Assembly: GCA_030704615.1 (NCBI GenBank)
Contig: CM060732.1
Location: 15,562,001 to 15,626,000 of the forward strand
From: Takakia lepidozioides
Taxonomy: Eukaryota; Plantae; Bryophyta
DNA: 64,000 bases
Direction of reading: 5' to 3'
The notes under the pieces are model-generated. The model had not been told where the DNA came from, searched no databases, and worked only from the letters and a program-made list of their open reading frames with translations. Below are positions 59,782 to 64,000 of this stretch, in pieces. The translations under genes and the position numbers were made by a program. Numbering within the stretch: the first letter of the stretch is position 1; each line of letters begins with the position of its first letter.

Positions 59782-59793
59782 TGGTATCAGAGC
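59782..59793 (+). promoter_or_regulatory. Primer-binding site (tRNA-iMet)
   Basis: TGGTATCAGAGC, the canonical plant iMet PBS. Confidence 0.95.
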
Positions 59794-59835
59794 TTAGAGT
59801 TCAGTACGCGATCGTCCTTGAGATTGGCCTCATCA

Positions 59836-60557
59836 TGGGGTCGGGCAAGCCAAAGCGAAAGCGGAACGGCCCGAAAGATGATGATCCTGGTGAGCCCGGT
59901 GGAGGCGACGTGTCACCGAAGCGGCAATTTGAGGAGGCGATTCATGCCTTTGAAAGCGAGGCCGCTCAAGAATGAGAGGAATCTGGGGAATCGGAGCCCG
60001 AGGACTTCCCGGAGGCTCCGGCAGACCAACTGATGTCTCCCGTGCCAGCAGCCTTTTGGGAAGGGTTGTTGGCGCAGTTTGGCGGGACGTTGAAAGACGT
60101 GTTGAGGGCGATTAATGCCACTTCCACGAAGGCAAAGTTTAAGGTGAAGCCTAAGGAACCCGGCACCTTCGAGGGCGTCCGAAATCGGAAGTCATTCAAT
60201 ACCTGGCTCTTGGAGCTAGAGCAGTACTTCCGGGCGGCCAAGTTGAGTGACGAGGATCGGGTGGAAGTGGCTCTCACCTATTTGAGGGGCTATGCTCAAC
60301 AATGGTGGCAGAAACGCCTTCATGACCAAGGTCCAGACCCGGAAACCTTGAACTGGAGTGGGTTCAAGGAACTTATGAAAAGACAGTTTGTTCCCCTCAA
60401 CGCGTCCTGGCTCGCCCGGGACAAGATGAAGAATTTGAAGCAAACGGATGACATTCGGGGTTATGTTCAGGCTTTCAATGTGCTGTTGCTCGAAGTCTCG
60501 GATATGGCGGAACCAGAAATGGTCTTCAACTTTGTGGCGGGACTGACCCATGGGCCA
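59836..60557 (+). pseudogene. Gypsy gag, one internal stop, 3'-truncated by another element
   Basis: KPKEPGTFEG..WLLELEQYF..YLRGYAQQWW..LKQTDDIRGYVQAF..FVAGL (Retrotrans_gag pattern); TGA at 59973-59975. Confidence 0.9.
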
Positions 60558-60919
60558 GGCGTACTTTTTTTTTGGGACATTTTTTATTGATCCAAATTTT
60601 GGCGGGGGAGTAGCGGTGGGATGCTTGAGGCTGCAAAACAAAATTGAGCCAAAAACAAAATCGATACGTACCAGAAACCCCCAATGAAAGGCAGTGCAAA
60701 CCTATTTATTGGCTTAAAATGAATTTAAATTCAATTAAATTGTGGAATGGCTTGAGGGGTGAGCGCTTCGATGGGGAGGCAAATGATTTATTTGTCTAAT
60801 GTGTCTCCGCACATGTGTCGCACACATGTTCCAGCACATGGGGGCAAAAGAGGGGCTTCAACCACATCCGTTCAATGGGTGCAATAGCCGTGCACGCATT
60901 CCAAGAATTTTTTTTCGCA

Positions 60920-61276
60920 TTGAACAAAAAACCAGATGACAAGTGAACGCCTCATTGGACAATCGAACAAATTTTGATTGATCTCGTATTACACTCGGAC
61001 GTATCAGAGGGTACATTGAACACACTGGCCAAGTCTCAAAGCAAACAAAAATCATTTGGATGGGCAACCATCCGTTGGCCCATTGAACGAATTTCGATTG
61101 ATCTCATATTATTCTGAGCCTCTTACATGGCACATTGAACATAGTGGCCAAGTCTCAAAGTGAACCAAAATCATTTCGATGGCCAACCATCCGTTGAGCC
61201 ATCGAATAAATTTCGATTGATCTCATATTAGTCGGGGATCTGTGAGAGGGTGTCTCGAACGTACTGGCAAAGTTTG
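60920..61276. repeat. ~121-bp tandem repeat, 3 copies
   Basis: GATTGATCTC(G/A)TATTA recurs near 60975, 61096 and 61216, with (CAT)TGAAC...TGGCCAAGTCTCAAAG..AA.AAAATCATTT.GATGG.CAACCATCCGTTG. Confidence 0.85.
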
Positions 61277-61624
61277 GAAGCAAACAAGAGTTGGAGAAGC
61301 ACCTCATTACGAAGCAAGAGACATTACAGAAGACCTCAGCATATTGAACATCTGGATGAAGAACCTTGCCCATTGTCGCTTCAAAGTTCAATCGCTTCTG
61401 AAATGATCACTTGTTTGTTAGTGGAAGCTCATCTCGTAGGCCACATTGATCTCGTACCCATCGAAGACTCCCGTAGGCTATATGGAACGGTTCATGTGAT
61501 ACATTTTCATAAATGCGATATGAAACATTTGTGAAATGGTATCACGTCAACCGTTTAATGTGGCCAATGCACCTCTTCCGTACCATGGCGGAAATGTTCG
61601 CCACTTGAAAGCACAAACACAAAT

Positions 61625-62025
61625 AATCCGTGCAAACAATCTCAAGAATCATATATACTGCAAGAAGTTTCATACTGCCGATGTTCATGTAGATGAATTC
61701 TTTGGGAATCATTTTGCTACTCCCATGCCAACAGCATCAAGTCCACTGCGACTGTCATATTCCGAATTCCGTATCAGCCACCACGGACATGAAACCAGGA
61801 ACTTCGCACAAAATCTCCAATTCATTCAATTTATGGTGGGTCGTGGCTGCAGCCTGCAAGCTGACCGGGGTGGCTGATACGTTCGTTTGAACATAACAGT
61901 CTCAGAGAACGTTGGCATGGTAATAGCAAAAAGAGTACTACAGAATTCAGCTAGAGGAACAACAATAGCATGAAACACCTTACCGTAAATATGATTGTTG
62001 ACATTGGTTGTGACAGCTCTAATCA
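61625..62025. repeat. Diverged inverted repeat, ~160-bp arms
   Basis: Arm 61625-61790 matches the reverse complement of 61865-62025 (e.g. CGTATCAGCCACC/GGTGGCTGATACG, CATGCCAAC/GTTGGCATG); the opposite-strand ORFs share NHIY..K.FH...EF....FA..MPT. Confidence 0.75.
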
Positions 62026-62077
62026 ATAGAGAACTCGCACCATCAGTTGCGCTCCAGCAGTAGTACCGGTCCCCCGA

Positions 62078-62630
62078 GTAAATAAAGTTTCGTTGTAAAT
62101 AATAAATTGCATACGCTCGAACCTCATAGATGTCATTTCAACAAAACCGGCCGTATATTGTGGCACTGTTTGTAACTTCGAATGTTTCAATGTTTCTGAC
62201 AGGGTACTGAGAAAATGATATATTGGTTCCGTAGGAGTTAGACAACAAACGTTCCATATCTCATTCAAATGTCGACACTACCATGAGTGACATGGATCAA
62301 AAAATAATAGGTGTACATGCGACCTCCGGACGTTCAAGTAGACCATTCGCTGGACCTAGTATCAAACGTTCGGACTTCGGAGGTCGCATGTGCACCTATT
62401 ACTTTCCGATCCATGCCTCTCATGGTAGTGTCGCACAGTTGAATGAGATGTGAGACGTTTGTTGTCTAACTCCCACGGAACTAATACATCGTTTTCTCAT
62501 AACCCTATCCGAAACCTTGGAACATTACACATATAAACAATGAGCCAGTACACAAACCATTTATGTTACGATGACAGGTGCCAGGGTCGAGCATATGCAA
62601 TGTAGTATTTACAATGGAACTTTATTTATT
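62078..62630. repeat. Long fold-back, ~260-bp arms, ~30-bp loop
   Basis: E.g. GGAGTTAGACAACAAACGT/ACGTTTGTTGTCTAACTCC, CGACACTACCATGAG/CTCATGGTAGTGTCG, CATGCGACCTCCG/CGGAGGTCGCATG. Confidence 0.9.
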
Positions 62631-62711
62631 ATATGCACGATCAAAATTGAATTATGTCTTCATAAAAGAACCATTGTACCGCCACAAATCTCATATCTAC
62701 GAGACTATGGT

Positions 62712-63897
62712 CTACTCCGTCCTATATATGTCTTTCGGCTCAGGCCAATTGAATGGCTTGCCCATGAACCGAAGTACTACATGGGCTAATGTGACTATCT
62801 TATTCTTGTTGTTGTCGTACAACCTTTGTAGCATTGAATGCCAACAAGCTCCCGTAAATTGGTCCTCGAACATACTTTCATCATAATGAGCGCCGCCATT
62901 TATTCGTACCGTTATCTTCCCAACGGCAAAGGCCTCCGACGTCATGTCCTGGGGGGGGTGGCATTCGCATTGAAAACCGATGAAATATCTTTTTCCACCC
63001 ACCATCTTTTTGCGAGTTCCCGGTCCAGCTTGTCTTGGTTTTCAAACTGGTACGGCGAGGCTTTGCGTATGCCCAATGGGGTGGCTAAGCCCCAATCACA
63101 CACCCCAATCTTGACCTCCTCGGTGTCATCTGGAAAATGCAACAAGATGTTGTCGGGGGACAAGTCGTTGTGCAGGACAACGTTCTTGTGGACAACATCC
63201 ATGATGCACATCAGTGCCCATGCAAGTTTACTGCGCACTTTCCGGAAACGAAGCAAGCGATCGCATTCCTAGAACTCTGCTTCCGTTCCCCTTTGTTCCA
63301 AAATCACCTTGTTGTCCGAATCGTTGCCCCATTTTCTGTCAAGGTTCATCATGTTGCGTATTGTCCCCCCATTCCACCAGCGAGTGTAACCCTCTACCTC
63401 ACGTGCATTCACAGCAAAAATAACACCCGGATGCTGGAACTTCACTACCAAACACTTGTCGTTATGTTGTTTCAATGCCTTTTCTGGATTTTTGGACTTG
63501 GGTTTTTTCCCGCAAGCTCCCAACGCTCCGGTATTCTAGAATCGTCAATAATCCTACACTGACGGACCTTAGCATACCCTCCTTCTTTGTAAGGGCCAAT
63601 CTCTACCACCTTCGCAGTAGAGTTCAGGTAATAAAGACCAGTTGTGTCTCCCCCGCCCGATGACCCCGCCTTCCAAGGGACAACCCTAGTCCGGCGATGT
63701 GAATTATGACTTGCCAAGCAAGCCCAATACTCAACACGTCGCATTAACTCAGCTTCGACGGAGGGCACTCGACCCTCGGTTGCTCTACCCTTCCATGTCT
63801 TCATTAGCTGCCTCAAATTCCACGTGGCGTCTTTCGCCCTACTTTGGATCCACCGATTGAACTTCGGCTTGTCCGCCGTCCGCCGTCCGCCGTCCAC
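62712..63897 (-). pseudogene. Atypical intronless Ser/Thr protein kinase-like gene, disrupted
   Basis: G-loop EGGYAKV, LAGK lysine, HPGVI, catalytic HNDLSPDNILL, DWG in place of DFG; split over four ORFs by frameshifts and a stop. Confidence 0.8.
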
Positions 63898-64000
63898 TTA
63901 GCCCCCGCCAAAGCGTTTGTCATTTTTCTCTCCATATTTTGCTAGAAAATCTGAAACCCCTCCTAATCAAATCGAGCGACCGCCTCCAAATGGCAGTCGT

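Larger units (their letters stand above)
60558..64000. mobile_element. Putative large DNA element inserted in gag, carrying repeats, fold-backs and a kinase-like gene (other end outside window)
   Basis: Abrupt junction in gag (GGCGTACTTTTTTTTTGGGAC...), then 121-bp tandem repeats, two inverted repeats and an intronless degenerate kinase. That these parts form one element is inference. Confidence 0.45.

Overview
Eukaryotic nuclear DNA from a land plant. GT-AG intron-rich genes and the TE families suggest a non-seed plant such as a bryophyte (inference). Four apparently intact host genes: a group-III-like WRKY with a variant domain (-, 10916-14043), an ARIADNE RBR E3 ligase (-, 23635-32805), a wax-ester synthase/DGAT (+, 40634-44911) and FIDGETIN-LIKE 1 (-, 45588-54830). 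They are separated by nested transposon stacks: (i) 1-9 kb: a MITE inside a SWIM/MULE-like transposase abutting a CACTA remnant, two arrays built from palindromic monomers, and a Gypsy pol patch inside a LINE; (ii) 17.7-20.7 kb: tRNA-derived SINEs; (iii) 34-40 kb: hairpins, MULE-like MITEs, CACTA/MULE/LINE remnants and a perfect hAT MITE; (iv) 56-64 kb: a Myb/SANT remnant, Gypsy pol, two adjacent LTRs plus gag, and an element carrying a degenerate protein kinase next to fold-backs. The most notable unexplained signals are a ~90-100 nt multi-stem hairpin present twice (34.0 kb and, inverted, in the last FIGL1 intron) with compensatory changes, the kinase-bearing element, and an LTR-less Gypsy fragment flanked by a 9-bp direct repeat. 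All calls are by eye; no database searches were run.
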